NCBI GenBank assembly: GCA_965214775.1
Contig: OZ243974.1
Span: 2,752,001 to 2,816,000, forward strand
Origin: Nitrosopumilus sp.
GTDB lineage: Archaea; Thermoproteota; Nitrososphaeria; Nitrososphaerales; Nitrosopumilaceae
Reading direction: 5' to 3'
DNA length: 64,000 nt
Of this stretch, positions 22,041 through 32,472 are shown piece by piece. The position numbers and the translations under genes were made by a program. Each line of letters opens with the position of its first letter. The first letter of the stretch is position 1. The notes under the pieces are model-generated. The model was not told where the DNA came from, ran no database searches, and was given only the letters and a program-made list of their open reading frames with translations.

Positions 22041-24282
22041 TAGTATCCTCGGCTACCAATTGATCACAAAAAGGACAATTTTTTTCAACCAAAGGATCTA
22101 AGAGCTATTAGTCCCATATATACACATGAAAGGAAAGAAGGAATTACCGACGGGAACAGCGTTCCTGTACGGGATAGCAAGCAAGGACGAGCTTTTTAGG
22201 ATGCACAAGTCCGAGAAGGACGCCAAGGCGGCAATCCGGCTCCTTGCATACCACATGAGAAAGTGCGGCGCGAGCATATATGATATTGCCGAGAAGCTGA
22301 GCAGGCCGTATGGAACCGTACGATACTGGCTGGTGCGTGCGCACAAGCATGGCCTGGAGGGCAGGTTTGACATAAAGCATGGCGCCCCGTGCAGGCTCGA
22401 CAAGAAACAGCTTGAACGGCTGCGCGCAGACCTGATCAAGGGCCCGGACAACTGCGGCTTTAAGGCCACAACATGGACAGGGCCGCTGGTCATTGCCCAC
22501 GTCAAAAAGAAGTTCGGCATCACGTATGCAGAAACGAGCATGTACGACCTGCTGCACAGAATCGGCTTCTCATGCAGAAAGCCCAGGCCAAAACACCCAA
22601 AATCAGCCTCAGAATCCGAGAAAAAGGAGTTCAAAAAAAAGCTAGGCAGAGCGCAAAGTACTATTCAAAAAAGGGGTACACGGTAATGATAGGCGACGAG
22701 TCCATGTTCATACTGGGATGGAACGTCAAGAACAGCTGGTACCCCGTAGGAGAGCCGGTCTATACGCCCGTCAGCCTGTCCAGGAAGGTTCTATGTCATA
22801 GGGGCCCTCTCAAGAAACAGGTTTGACTATAGCAATGATCAGAAGTCTTTGAGCCAAAACGGGATCATTCGAAAAGTATATGGATCGCCTAACCGGCGCA
22901 ATGACATGGCAAAAGAAACAGACAAAAGCCTGTCAGAGGCCATGCGCAAAGAAAAGGATGTCAAAGTCTACAAGAAGATCATGGCGCTGATGTTTGTGCT
23001 AGAAGACGACGTGGGCGTGCCTGAGACTGCAAGAAGGGTCCGGTGCAGTGAGAATTCCGTGCGCAACTGGCTGGCGAGGTTTTCGGAGGACGGCATAGAC
23101 GGTCTCCGGGATCTTCCCCGTTCCGGATGCAGGCCAAAGGTGGACAGAGAAAGTATTGCCGCCATAATGGACCTGTCCACTGCATGCAAAAGTACCGATG
23201 TTATGACGGTACGCGATGACATAAGGGATGCCACCGGGACAGAATACAGCACAGGACATGTCCGAAAACTGATGCGCCAGCACGGCCTGTCGCGCCGCAA
23301 GGTGCAAAACGTGCATGTCAACCATGCCACCCCAAGCTCCGTATACTCGTGGCAACGGTATCTTGAAAACGTGCGGATTCCGTGCCTGAAAAGAGAGGGT
23401 TTTACGCTGGTGTCATCTGATGAGGCGTTCTTCGTGCAGGGCGCATACGACAGATACGTGTGGGGTCCGGTCGGCACCAGAAGCGTGGCATCGTATTCGG
23501 GGGACCACACAAAGGTGGCCGTGTTTGGAAGCATCGCAGAAGACGGCAGAAGGCTGTTCAGGACGTTTACGGGATCGTTTAGGTCAGTGCAGTTCATACA
23601 ATGTCTGGAGGCGTTGCGCGCCAAGTTTGGCAAGGTTGCCGTCTTTTGCGACAGGTGGAGTGTGCACAGATCTATTGACGTCGCAGAATATCTGGCAGGT
23701 CATCCCGACATCAGGCTGATAATGATCCCGAAGGGATCGCCGTACCTCAATATCGTGGAAGAATGCTGGAACCTAGGCAAGCCTGTCGTTTTCAGGGGGA
23801 TAGTGTACAGGAAAATCAGCGAGCTACGGCATGCCATATCCGAGTACTACAGGACGGTGTCGTTTGCCCACCTTTGCATGTACAAGTACATTTACAGATC
23901 GCCGGTCAAAGCCCTCAATTACTTGTGACCGTTGCTATATCGCTTTTACGAAAAGGCCAACACGGGAACGTTCTACAAGTTTCTCAGGACACTGCGCCGC
24001 AAGTACGGCAAGGTGTTGTTGTTTGTCGACAACGCATCGTACCACAAGTCAGCAGAACTCAATGGAATGATGGCCAAGTGGAACGGGGACGTGGTGCTAA
24101 AGTACCTGCCGCCGTACGCGCCGGAGCTTAACAACTCGGAGGGGCAGTGGCGCGGGTTCAAAAAGGCGACTTCAAACTGCCTTTACAAGACCGTCAAGGA
24201 GATGCAGAGATCACTGCGCAGTATGACGCGCAGGGGCGAGATAAAGGTGGTAAAGATGAACAAATGGCTGACGTAGATACTA
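22041..24282 (+). mobile_element. IS630 element B, copy 1 (frameshifted and interrupted)
   Basis: Ends TAGTATC...GATACTA flanked by CG. Near-identical to 48792-49926 except A8 vs A9 run, a 2-bp deletion near 22787 and insertion of element C. Confidence 0.9.
22830..23937 (+). mobile_element. IS630 element C with transposase 22849/22906-23928
   Basis: TIRs TAGCAATGATCA / TGACCGTTGCTA; TA duplication confirmed against the empty site GACTATCGC in B copy 2; SDEA, CDRWSVH, PYLNIVE. Confidence 0.92.
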
Positions 24283-24332
24283 CGTCTTGTGCAGGTAGGA
24301 GCGACTCGTATTTGGCAGGAATTTGCCCCCTG

Positions 24333-24469
24333 TGAGATGATCCGAAATTAGAAACCATACGAATTTTTCAAGTAATTTCACAGATAACTTGTATTTTGTT
24401 GACATTTTGAGCCGTTCTATGCAAATTAGTTCACAAATAATCCGAATCTGCTAATTTCGAATCAACTCT
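24333..24469. mobile_element. MITE family A, copy 2
   Basis: Colinear with 5371-5507; sits where the 5' end of IS630 A is lost. Confidence 0.8.
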
Positions 24470-24474
24470 CTGAT

Positions 24475-24581
24475 GCCACAAACTCCTTTCTCTGTCTGTC
24501 CATGCATATGTCGTCATTACGACACTCCCCATCCCTCGAATAGTTAGGCCACAAACTCCTTTCTCTGTCTGTCCATGCATA
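24475..24581. repeat. 35/36-bp exact direct repeat flanking a 37/38-bp unique insert
   Basis: GCCACAAACTCCTTTCTCTGTCTGTCCATGCATAT(G) at 24475 and 24548; the second copy completes to 36 bp when the MITE at 24582-24706 is removed. Confidence 0.9.
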
Positions 24582-24706
24582 TCAGTACTTCCTAGGTGTA
24601 CTTTTACAGGCACGGTAATTACGTAATTTGGAGAAGATCTTATGCGTAAACGAAGTTAGCGGCTATGGCGTGCCGGGTCTGCAAAAACACATCTAGGAAG
24701 TACTGA
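24582..24706. mobile_element. MITE (125 bp) with TA duplication, IS630-type
   Basis: TIRs TCAGTACTTCCTAG / CTAGGAAGTACTGA, both flanked by TA. Confidence 0.82.
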
Positions 24707-24966
24707 TATGCGTATTCCTTGCCTGATCTAAATCTTTGGATCAAAAATAGTTGTCAAAATCGTCCATTTTTTTATGTGTTGACTATGGTGGAGGCGGCCT
24801 GAGGCGAATTAGGCGGCAATCTCCCTCCCCCTCCCCCCTCGGGGGTCACCTGCCATATTCACCTCCTTGCAATACATAGGACGCCTGCCAGTACAGAACA
24901 TACCTCAACAAACTCTGCAACAGAAAAAATGGAAAGGCAGATTAGGCAAGGTGCGCAAAAAACAGC

Positions 24967-26298
24967 ATGAATTTACTTTCCATAGGTGGCTCGGATCCAT
25001 CAACGGGTGCCGGAATCCAGAGCGATGTCAAGTTATTTGCAAACATGGATGCAAACTGCTTTACGGTCATTACTGCAATTACAGGTCAGAACACTTCAAG
25101 TTTCGGACTGGTCGAACCAGTATCAATAAAAATCCTTAAAAATCAACTTGATTTAGTCCTTTCAGATTTTCAAATCGACGTAATTAAAATCGGAATGCTC
25201 TACAATTCCAAAACCATCAGATTCCTTTTCAAAGAATTAAAAAAACTGAAAATCCCAATAGTTCTAGATCCCGTGATAAGGTCCACGACAGGAGCAATGC
25301 TGATAGAAAAATCAGCATTAAATGACTTTAGGAGATACATGGTTCCAATCTCAACTGTCATTACACCTAACAAGTTTGAGGCCCAAATCATTGCAAACTC
25401 CAGAGTTTTGCCGTCCAACAAAATCGAAAAGATTGCAAAAAAGATTCAGGGTATGGGTGCAAAAAACGTCATAGTTACGGGAATTCAGAAGAGCGGCAAC
25501 AAAATAGAGGACCTAATTCTTGAAAAAAATACAAGATACACAATCTCAAGCAAAAAGATCTTTAGGGAGAATCACGGGAGCGGATGCACGTATTCGGCAA
25601 TAGTTGCATATTCTCTTGCAAACAAGAAGAGCATCAAAGAGTCGGCAAAGTTTGCAAAAGAGTTCACGCTACAATCAATAAAAAACGCAAAAAAGATCGG
25701 AGGCGGGATCCCCGTCACATCACCATTACCATCATCATCATCATCATCATCACATGTCCCAACAAAAGACCCGCTTCAAAGCGAGCTGTCATCTGAGATT
25801 CAAAAGTTTACAGAGATCAGAGGCGTTTATCAGTTGATTCCAGAATGTCAGACAAATTTTGTAGTCTCAAAGACAAGACCAAGATCAACAAAAGACGTCC
25901 TGGGAGTTTCCGGAAGAATAGTAAAGGCCGGAACAATGGCCGTCGTTGCAGGGGATTTAACGTACGGCGGATCAAAACACGTGGCAACAGCCCTGCTGGC
26001 AGTCAACAAAAGATTTCCCCGCACAAGATCGGCAGTCAACATAAGGTATCAAGAAAAAACCCTCAAAAAAATTTCAAAAATAGGGTTCCTTGTCGGAAAT
26101 TACGACAGAAAGTCAGAGCCAAAGAGCGTAAGGGCCAGGGGTTCGTCAATCAGATGGGGCATAAACTCTGCAATAAGAGAATCAGAGAAAAGTCCAGACG
26201 TAATCTTTCACAGGGGCGGTTTTGGCAAGGAGCCAATGATGATTGTCTTTGGAGACAGTCCAAAAAAAGTCACAGAGAAGATCATGAAAATCGTATGA
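24967..26298 (+). CDS. thiD: Bifunctional HMP(P) kinase / thiamine-phosphate synthase ThiDN
   Basis: GSDPSTGAGIQSD, TPNKFEA, HGSGC; C-terminal ThiN domain IPECQTN, GGSKHVA, GFGKEPM. Confidence 0.95.
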   Translation: MNLLSIGGSDPSTGAGIQSDVKLFANMDANCFTVITAITGQNTSSFGLVEPVSIKILKNQLDLVLSDFQIDVIKIGMLYNSKTIRFLFKELKKLKIPIVLDPVIRSTTGAMLIEKSALNDFRRYMVPISTVITPNKFEAQIIANSRVLPSNKIEKIAKKIQGMGAKNVIVTGIQKSGNKIEDLILEKNTRYTISSKKIFRENHGSGCTYSAIVAYSLANKKSIKESAKFAKEFTLQSIKNAKKIGGGIPVTSPLPSSSSSSSHVPTKDPLQSELSSEIQKFTEIRGVYQLIPECQTNFVVSKTRPRSTKDVLGVSGRIVKAGTMAVVAGDLTYGGSKHVATALLAVNKRFPRTRSAVNIRYQEKTLKKISKIGFLVGNYDRKSEPKSVRARGSSIRWGINSAIRESEKSPDVIFHRGGFGKEPMMIVFGDSPKKVTEKIMKIV

Positions 26299-26352
26299 GT
26301 CCTTCAGGACAGACATCCTTGAACATAAATACACAGCGCACAAGAAAATAGC

Positions 26353-27054
26353 ATGAAGGCAGTAATTCTAGCAGGTGGACTGGGCACAAGGCTGCAGCCA
26401 TATACAACGTTTTTGCCAAAACCAATGCTGCCTTTGGGGGAAAAGCCGATTTTAGAGCACCTGATCGACTGGAACAAAAAAAACGGGGTAAGATCAATCG
26501 TGCTTTGTGTCAGTTATCTTAGAAGAACCATAGAGGATTATTTTGAGGACGGAAAACGGTTTGGAGTGGACATAAGATACGCAGTTTCAGACAGGCCGCT
26601 TGCCACTGCAGGCCAGCTAAAAACCGCCGAGGAGTTTTTGAAAGAGACCTTTGTCTGCATGTACGGAGATTCAATCTTTGATTTTAGCCTGAGAGGCATG
26701 ATAAAAGATCACGTAAAGAATGGATCGTTTATCACCATGAGTTTACACCAATACAAAACCAATCTTCCTTACGGGGTGATTGAAACTGCAAAAAACGGCA
26801 GGGTTGCAAGCTGGAACGAAAAGCCAGAAATCAAGGCCAATATCAACATGGGATGTTACGTAATGGAGGCAGGAGTCCTCAGATACATTCCAAAAAACAG
26901 GCCGTACGGAATGGATAGCGTGATAAAAAAGGCAATTGGCAGCAGAAAAGCAGTAAATGCGTTTGTTACAAAAAGGGGATTTGTGGATATAGGAGACAAG
27001 GCATCTTACAAAAAGGCATACCAGGAATACATACAAAAGCTAGGCAAGATCTGA
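26353..27054 (+). CDS. Sugar-phosphate nucleotidyltransferase
   Basis: ILAGGLGTRLQPYT.FLPKPM. Confidence 0.92.
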   Translation: MKAVILAGGLGTRLQPYTTFLPKPMLPLGEKPILEHLIDWNKKNGVRSIVLCVSYLRRTIEDYFEDGKRFGVDIRYAVSDRPLATAGQLKTAEEFLKETFVCMYGDSIFDFSLRGMIKDHVKNGSFITMSLHQYKTNLPYGVIETAKNGRVASWNEKPEIKANINMGCYVMEAGVLRYIPKNRPYGMDSVIKKAIGSRKAVNAFVTKRGFVDIGDKASYKKAYQEYIQKLGKI

Positions 27055-27057
27055 CCC

Positions 27058-27495
27058 ATGACAGAGCCAATTATCCGTGAATTGAAAAAAGGGGATTTGT
27101 GGAACGGGTTTTTGACATCCCTTGACTCGCTGAGGCAGGCAAGCAGAATCGACAGGTCAAGGGCCGATCAGGTTTTTGAAAAAATCAGTTCAAACGAAGA
27201 CCATGTCATTGCAGTTGCAGAGGTTCAGGGAAGGATTGTCGGTTCAGCAACGCTGCTGATAGAGCAAAAGTTCATCCACGACGGGGGTCTTGCAGGACAC
27301 ATAGAAGACGTTGTGGTCGACAAAAGGTTTCAAGGACAGAAAATCGGAGGAAAGATCATAGAATTTTTGCTTGAAAGATCAAAAAACCGGGGCTGTTACA
27401 AAACAGTCCTGGACTGTACAGATGACGTAAGGCCGTTTTATGAGAAATTGGGGTTCAAAGCGACTGCAAGCGAGATGCGGTTTGATCACGCCTAG
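27058..27495 (+). CDS. GNAT acetyltransferase, glucosamine-6-phosphate N-acetyltransferase-like
   Basis: EQKFIH, GHIEDVVV, QGQKIG, CYKTVLDC, FYEKLGF. Confidence 0.9.
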   Translation: MTEPIIRELKKGDLWNGFLTSLDSLRQASRIDRSRADQVFEKISSNEDHVIAVAEVQGRIVGSATLLIEQKFIHDGGLAGHIEDVVVDKRFQGQKIGGKIIEFLLERSKNRGCYKTVLDCTDDVRPFYEKLGFKATASEMRFDHA

Positions 27496-27932
27496 AAATA
27501 TTCTTTCCTTGGGCGCCTCTTCTTGTGTTTGAGCAGGTACACGCCAAATCCCACAACTGGTGCAGACAGCCCCATGAAGAGGAGCGGAACATAGATGACG
27601 GCATCAGTCACGTATGACCCTGGAATTTTTGGAAGAACCAAATAGCATGCGATCATTCCGGCAAGCAGGATGACTCCGCCGCCAATGATTAATCCGCCGA
27701 TTTGTTTGGAGCCGTATTGTCGTGACATGATAAATGCAACAGCTGCCAGTATGCCTGCAGGGGCAACGCCGATGGAGATGAATTGGAGTATTTTAGGATC
27801 AGCTGCAAACCCCTGAGCAAACTCAAAATCGTCAGGAACGTCAACCATGAAATTGTAAATCGAGAACATTTCCCCGGCAAACATTGCAAACAACCCAACA
27901 CTTGCAATTGCAAGCCATTTTTCCAGAGCCAT
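27492..27932 (-). CDS. Hypothetical membrane protein (about 4 TM)
   Basis: Hydrophobic segments and a basic C-terminus. Confidence 0.8.
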   Translation of the reverse strand: MALEKWLAIASVGLFAMFAGEMFSIYNFMVDVPDDFEFAQGFAADPKILQFISIGVAPAGILAAVAFIMSRQYGSKQIGGLIIGGGVILLAGMIACYLVLPKIPGSYVTDAVIYVPLLFMGLSAPVVGFGVYLLKHKKRRPRKEYF

Positions 27933-28072
27933 GATTCAAAGAAGACCGGTTGATAAATAAACCATTCAAAAGGTCACACAGTAAGTTTACCCCATCTCGA
28001 GGAATGCGACGTGGCAGGCACGATCATGAATGTCCCGGCCAACCTTGTCGCCTGAGGGGTAAACTCGTACGG

Positions 28073-29092
28073 TCACACAATGCCTACAAGAGTCGCAAGC
28101 TCTTTTCTGCATGCCGTGCCGAGCTTTTCTGCGGCCTGCTCTGGGGAGACATCGTTGAGATATATGCCATATCCGCGTTCAAGACCAGACCACGTCTTTG
28201 TAATTGGATAAATTTCAATGTGCCAGTGAATCTGACGGCTGTTTTTCTTCTCAGGTGATAAATGGAATACGAGGTTGTATGATACGTTTTTGATGGTTTT
28301 GGACAACCCGCCCAGAGTCGCCCTCAGAATCAGCGACAGATCATTGATCTCCTTTTGGGTGATTTTAGAGAAGAGGGTTGTGTGTTTTTTGGGCGCAACC
28401 CAGAACTCGTACGGATACGAGGGAGACCAAGGACAAAAGGCGATAAAGCCCTCTGTTTGCAGGATCTGCCTGGGGCCGCCCATTTCTTCGTTGACTGTTT
28501 GGCACATGGGACACACGCCTTTTTCGTTTAGGATCTTGTGGGATGCCTCTGCCTCCTCCACAATTAACGGTGGAATCGTAGAGAATGTCAGAACGTTGAG
28601 ATGCGGGTGGGAATTCGTAGTGCCAGACAGCTGGCCCTGATCAGCATAAATTGAGACATAGGTGACTCCCTTTTGGGTATACAGCCAGCGCAGTCTGTCC
28701 TGGACGACAACCAGAATGTTTGACCACTGCTCAACGTCGATTGTTGCAAAGGTATCCTTTTGATTCGGGGATGCGACGACGACATAGTGATAGCCGTATG
28801 AAGGCTCGCTGTAAAACGGCTTGTCACTGTAGGAATTTTCCGCCTCGAGGGAGACGATGGGGTTCTTGCTTTCAAAGACCCTGATTGACCAGCCTTCAAC
28901 ACACCCGTCTTCGCTGTCCTGCAGCCTCTGCAGCATTCCGTCTTTTGCAACAAGGGACAGCACAGAAGGGTTGGTCATCGACTCGTTTCCAGGCGAATAC
29001 GGGGATTTTTTAGGGTTGTTGGTTGCCTTGTCAGTTTTTTTGGAGACGATCATAAAACGTTCAGAAACATAGTCCTTGCGAATGTCTCCCAT
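28073..29092 (-). CDS. galT: Galactose-1-phosphate uridylyltransferase-like (HIT superfamily)
   Basis: SHPH, CPMC, WSPSYPYEFW, HWHIEIYP. Confidence 0.85.
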   Translation of the reverse strand: MGDIRKDYVSERFMIVSKKTDKATNNPKKSPYSPGNESMTNPSVLSLVAKDGMLQRLQDSEDGCVEGWSIRVFESKNPIVSLEAENSYSDKPFYSEPSYGYHYVVVASPNQKDTFATIDVEQWSNILVVVQDRLRWLYTQKGVTYVSIYADQGQLSGTTNSHPHLNVLTFSTIPPLIVEEAEASHKILNEKGVCPMCQTVNEEMGGPRQILQTEGFIAFCPWSPSYPYEFWVAPKKHTTLFSKITQKEINDLSLILRATLGGLSKTIKNVSYNLVFHLSPEKKNSRQIHWHIEIYPITKTWSGLERGYGIYLNDVSPEQAAEKLGTACRKELATLVGIV

Positions 29093-29289
29093 AATTGTAA
29101 TCTGAGGCAGCTGTATGTTAAAACGTTTACTAAGATCTCAGAGAAAACAAAGGACAGGGTTTTGAACTCAAGAAGTTGCAAGAACCATCAAAGACAATTC
29201 TTTTTTTTCTTCTTTTGTTTTTCTCAGAAAGAGGGTTTGCTGATCGCAGTCTTGTAAGACTTAAAGTAGAGAATCAGATCCCTGAAAAC

Positions 29290-30579
29290 ATGAATAATTC
29301 TGACATACGCATGATTTACGTGCTGCTAGACGGGGTCGGGGACCTTCCACATCCGGATCTGGGCGGAAAGACGCCATTACAGGCTGCAAACACGCCGGTT
29401 TTAGACAGAATTGCAGGCAACGGGGCCATCGGCGAGGTGATCTCTGTGGGAAGGGGAATCGCACCAGAATCAGACATTGCAGTCTTTAACATGCTAGGAT
29501 ACAAGTTCAACCATGCAGACTATGCGGGCCGCGGAGTAATCGAGGCAATTGGAATAGGCCTGGATTTCAAAGACGGAGACCTGGCATTAAGAGGAAACTT
29601 TTCCACGCTAGATGATCAAGGCATCATAGTTGACAGGCGTGCCGGAAGACACATTAAAAAAGAGGATGCGGCATATGCTGCAAGGGAGATCGAAGAGAAG
29701 ATAAGATTTTCAAACCCGGGTACGGAGGTTGCAGTTGCGCCAACAATTGCGCACAGGGTCACAGTCAGAATCAGAAGCAGATCCCAAAGACTGTCATCAA
29801 AGATCACAAACACCGATCCGGCATACGCCAATATCGGAGGGATGGGGGTGGCAAAAGCAGTCGGGGACTTTTTAAGAGTTGAAAGATGTCTGCCCTTGGA
29901 GGAGGCAGAAGACTCCAAACTCACAGCAGACCTCGTAAACGAGTTCTCAGATCAGTCCGTCAGAATTTTAAGAGAGAGTCAGATCAATCAAAGACGGGCA
30001 GAGCAAAACAAAAAACTCCTCAGCTGTATCCTCCTAAGGGATGCAGGCAACAGATACCCAGACGTGGTTCCGATTAATGAGAAATATTCGATGAGGTTTT
30101 CATGTATCGTGGATATGCCCGTAGAGCTGGGAATATCAAAAGTCCTGAAGATGAGGGCCTTTGAGGCAGGGGGACTGACAGACTATGAGGAGAAAGCAAG
30201 AGTTGCAGCAGAGGCAATGGAGACGCAAAACGCAATTTATGTTCATCTCAAGGGACCAGACGAGTTTGGTCATGACGGGGATGCGGTTGGAAAAACGAGA
30301 AACATCGAGGAGATTGATCAGAGGTTTTTCAAAACGCTTGTCGAAAACATCGATACTGGCAGGGTGGCAATCGTAGTTTCTGCGGACCATTCAACGCCGT
30401 GCATCATCAAGGGACACAGCGATGATCCAGTCCCTGTCTTGGTTTCAGGGGACTTTATTAAAAAGGACGGAACCACCAGAATGACAGAGCAGCAGGCAAA
30501 GAGGGGAAGCATCGGTTTGCTTGAAGGCTCCCAGGTGGTTGAAAAGTCTCTGGAGTTAATCAAATCTCAAACAGAGTAA
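29290..30579 (+). CDS. apgM: Archaeal BPG-independent phosphoglycerate mutase
   Basis: LLDGVGD, GKTPL, PESD, KGPDEFGHDGD, SADHSTP, GHSDDPVP. Confidence 0.93.
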   Translation: MNNSDIRMIYVLLDGVGDLPHPDLGGKTPLQAANTPVLDRIAGNGAIGEVISVGRGIAPESDIAVFNMLGYKFNHADYAGRGVIEAIGIGLDFKDGDLALRGNFSTLDDQGIIVDRRAGRHIKKEDAAYAAREIEEKIRFSNPGTEVAVAPTIAHRVTVRIRSRSQRLSSKITNTDPAYANIGGMGVAKAVGDFLRVERCLPLEEAEDSKLTADLVNEFSDQSVRILRESQINQRRAEQNKKLLSCILLRDAGNRYPDVVPINEKYSMRFSCIVDMPVELGISKVLKMRAFEAGGLTDYEEKARVAAEAMETQNAIYVHLKGPDEFGHDGDAVGKTRNIEEIDQRFFKTLVENIDTGRVAIVVSADHSTPCIIKGHSDDPVPVLVSGDFIKKDGTTRMTEQQAKRGSIGLLEGSQVVEKSLELIKSQTE

Positions 30580-31120
30580 GCCGGTTTGCCTGCTGCATTT
30601 CAGCTGCCTTTGCCCTCATCCTGTCAACATCAATGGAATGGTATGTGGAAGGAGAGGTTCCCAGTTTATCTAAGGATCTGCCAAGCATTCCTATGGCTAT
30701 CGTCAGATCATTTTTTTGGCCGTGTGCAAATGCTACTGCCAGCAAGATAATTCCCTGGACCAGTTCTTTTTCACGTCCAAAGCATTGCTTCCAGACGCCT
30801 TCAAAGGCCTCATGGCTTTCCCAGAACCGCTCATTGTTGAAATAAAATATGCCGTCTTGGATTCCCTGTTCTTTGTCAATCTCTTCAAGTACAACATGAC
30901 GGACGTCGTAAAGGGGCCCAATGGATGCAAGTCTTTCTATCAAGGAGTCCAACTTGTCAGGATCTACAGAAACGTCAAGTTCGACGAATCTTCTAGCTAT
31001 CCTGCAGACTCGAATCGAGGCGTTCATGTCTCCGGCCAGATCGCGGGCCCTGTACACGACCTCCCTAGAGTTCTCAGGTGACAGTTTTTCATTTTTGAGA
31101 TGAAGCATATAGCGTTCCAT
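30560..31120 (-). CDS. DUF309-domain protein
   Basis: FNNERFWESHEAFEGVW...QGII. Confidence 0.85.
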   Translation of the reverse strand: MERYMLHLKNEKLSPENSREVVYRARDLAGDMNASIRVCRIARRFVELDVSVDPDKLDSLIERLASIGPLYDVRHVVLEEIDKEQGIQDGIFYFNNERFWESHEAFEGVWKQCFGREKELVQGIILLAVAFAHGQKNDLTIAIGMLGRSLDKLGTSPSTYHSIDVDRMRAKAAEMQQANRLTLFEI

Positions 31121-31231
31121 GACAGGGTTTCAAAGCAATTTCTTAAATTTCTTGTCTTCAGTGCATTCTTCCCAAAAGTATCACGTCAATATCCTGACTG
31201 GCGTCCAAACGGGGCCGCCGGCAGATCGTAT

Positions 31232-31302
31232 GCCGCTGCTGCCGCTGTTGTTGTTGTTGCTGTTGTTGCTGCTGCTGTTGTTGTTGTTACTACTACTGCT
31301 GC
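31232..31302. repeat. Compound trinucleotide microsatellite (CTG/TTG/CTA)
   Basis: gccgctgctgccgctgttgttgttgttgctgttgttgctgctgctgttgttgttgttactactactgctgc. Confidence 0.9.
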
Positions 31303-31374
31303 AAGCCGGTACTTTTGAAAAGACGACTGCATCCAATCAAGGTTTATATGAAATGTCTGGAGGATTTTGGATAC

Positions 31375-31797
31375 ATGTCCATAATTGAGACCGTTGCAGA
31401 CGTTGACAATACGTTTCTATCAAGAAGAGAGATTACATGTAATTTTGCCGGACTGGCAGGCAAGCTCAAGAGAACAGAGGCAGCAGACATGATTGCCAGA
31501 GAGTTCAAGCTTGACGGCAAGGCAATCATCATCCCAATGAGGCTAAAGACCCATGTTGGAAGACCGGTTGTTACCGGAACCTTTTATGTATATGAAGACG
31601 AGGGGCTGGCAAAAAAACACGTGAATCCGACAATTTTCTCAAGACTGGAAAAAAGCAAGGCAAAAGATGCCAAACCAGAATCCACAGAAGACAAGAGCGG
31701 CTCTGCCGAAGGGGTCACAGAAAAGAAAGGAGGAGGAGAGGAGGAGAAGGAGAAAGAAGGTGAGAAGGAAGACAAGAAGGAGGAGAAGTCCGAATAA
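31375..31797 (+). CDS. rps24e: 30S ribosomal protein S24e with charged C-terminal tail
   Basis: NTFLSRREI, KTHVG, GTFYVYED; directly upstream of S27ae. Confidence 0.9.
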   Translation: MSIIETVADVDNTFLSRREITCNFAGLAGKLKRTEAADMIAREFKLDGKAIIIPMRLKTHVGRPVVTGTFYVYEDEGLAKKHVNPTIFSRLEKSKAKDAKPESTEDKSGSAEGVTEKKGGGEEEKEKEGEKEDKKEEKSE

Positions 31798-31970
31798 TGG
31801 CCGGCAAGAAGGGCTCCAGTCCAAGAATTCACACGTATTTTAAAATAGACGGAGACAAAATTTCACGGCTTAAGAAAATTTGTGCCAGGTGTGGAAAGGG
31901 AGTCTACATGTCAGAACACAAAGACAGACGCGCATGCGGCAAATGTACCGACACGGAATTCATTCAATAA
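31797..31970 (+). CDS. rps27ae: 30S ribosomal protein S27ae
   Basis: MAGKKGSSPRIHTYFKIDGDKISRLKKICARCGKGVYMSEHKDRRACGKCTDTEFIQ (not in the ORF track). Confidence 0.95.
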   Translation: MAGKKGSSPRIHTYFKIDGDKISRLKKICARCGKGVYMSEHKDRRACGKCTDTEFIQ

Positions 31971-31989
31971 GTCAGTCTTCAAAGTCAGC

Positions 31990-32064
31990 AGACTTTATGC
32001 GTAATTACTTGAATGAGATGAATCTGTTTGCAACAATCCTAGTTTTGAACCGATTACGCAGTCT
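31990..32064. mobile_element. 75-bp MITE-like derivative of the ISL2-like IS5
   Basis: Ends AGACTTTATGCGTAAT / CGATTACGCAGTCT resemble the TIRs of 16640-18174. Confidence 0.6.
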
Positions 32065-32173
32065 AGTGCCCGTAGATGCATCTGATCATCAAATGCTTCA
32101 AGAACTTTTGCCAGTCAGCACGGTTCATTGCGCAGGCCGGTATTGCCTTATCGAAACCGCAGGCAGAGGCAGT

Positions 32174-32287
32174 TCATATATGCAGTTTTGATTTTATATT
32201 GGTTATGTCGTTTTCAATCCTCTCGAACCTAGAGTCAAGGCTCTTGTATTGTCTGATGAATTTTTTGTTTCTGTCCAAACCCCACAG
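32174..32287 (-). pseudogene. Possible truncated RelE/ParE-like toxin
   Basis: WGLDRNKKFIRQYKSLDSR... directly after a small acidic ORF. Confidence 0.45.
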
Positions 32288-32290
32288 TTT

Positions 32291-32428
32291 CTAATCACTG
32301 TGCAGCTCTTCAAGCAGTTCATCAAAGGTCACGATTTTTCGATCTTCAGGATGTGCATAAAAATCTTTGATGTCCTTGATTTCTTCATCAGATAACGGAG
32401 GGGATTCTATCTGTTCTGTATCAGACAT
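32291..32428 (-). CDS. Small acidic protein, putative antitoxin
   Basis: MSDTEQIESPPLSDEEIKDIKDFYAHPEDRKIVTFDELLEELHSD. Confidence 0.55.
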   Translation of the reverse strand: MSDTEQIESPPLSDEEIKDIKDFYAHPEDRKIVTFDELLEELHSD

Positions 32429-32472
32429 GTTTCTTGTGTTACTCCATCATAAAAAAAGGATTAGGGTCAAGG

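Larger units (their letters stand above)
21064..24332 (-). pseudogene. IS630-family transposase A, interrupted by nested IS630 B and C
   Basis: TEDES, FLDNASYHKS, PELNPVE. Native N-terminus GKFLPNTSRSYLHKT lies beyond 24284; the ORF-track N-terminus (MVEKNCP) comes from element B. Confidence 0.88.

Noticed and set aside
21064-22092. 342-aa ORF as an intact transposase
   Set aside because: The N-terminus is read from the inserted element B; the true start lies beyond 24284.
22632-22641. Programmed frameshift at the A-run of IS630 B
   Set aside because: Copy 2 is in frame with A9 and copy 1 has other lesions, so simple decay explains it; slippage is not excluded.
31119-31388. Poly-Leu membrane protein ORF (and poly-S/N ORF at 61112-61423)
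   Set aside because: Translation artefacts of microsatellites.
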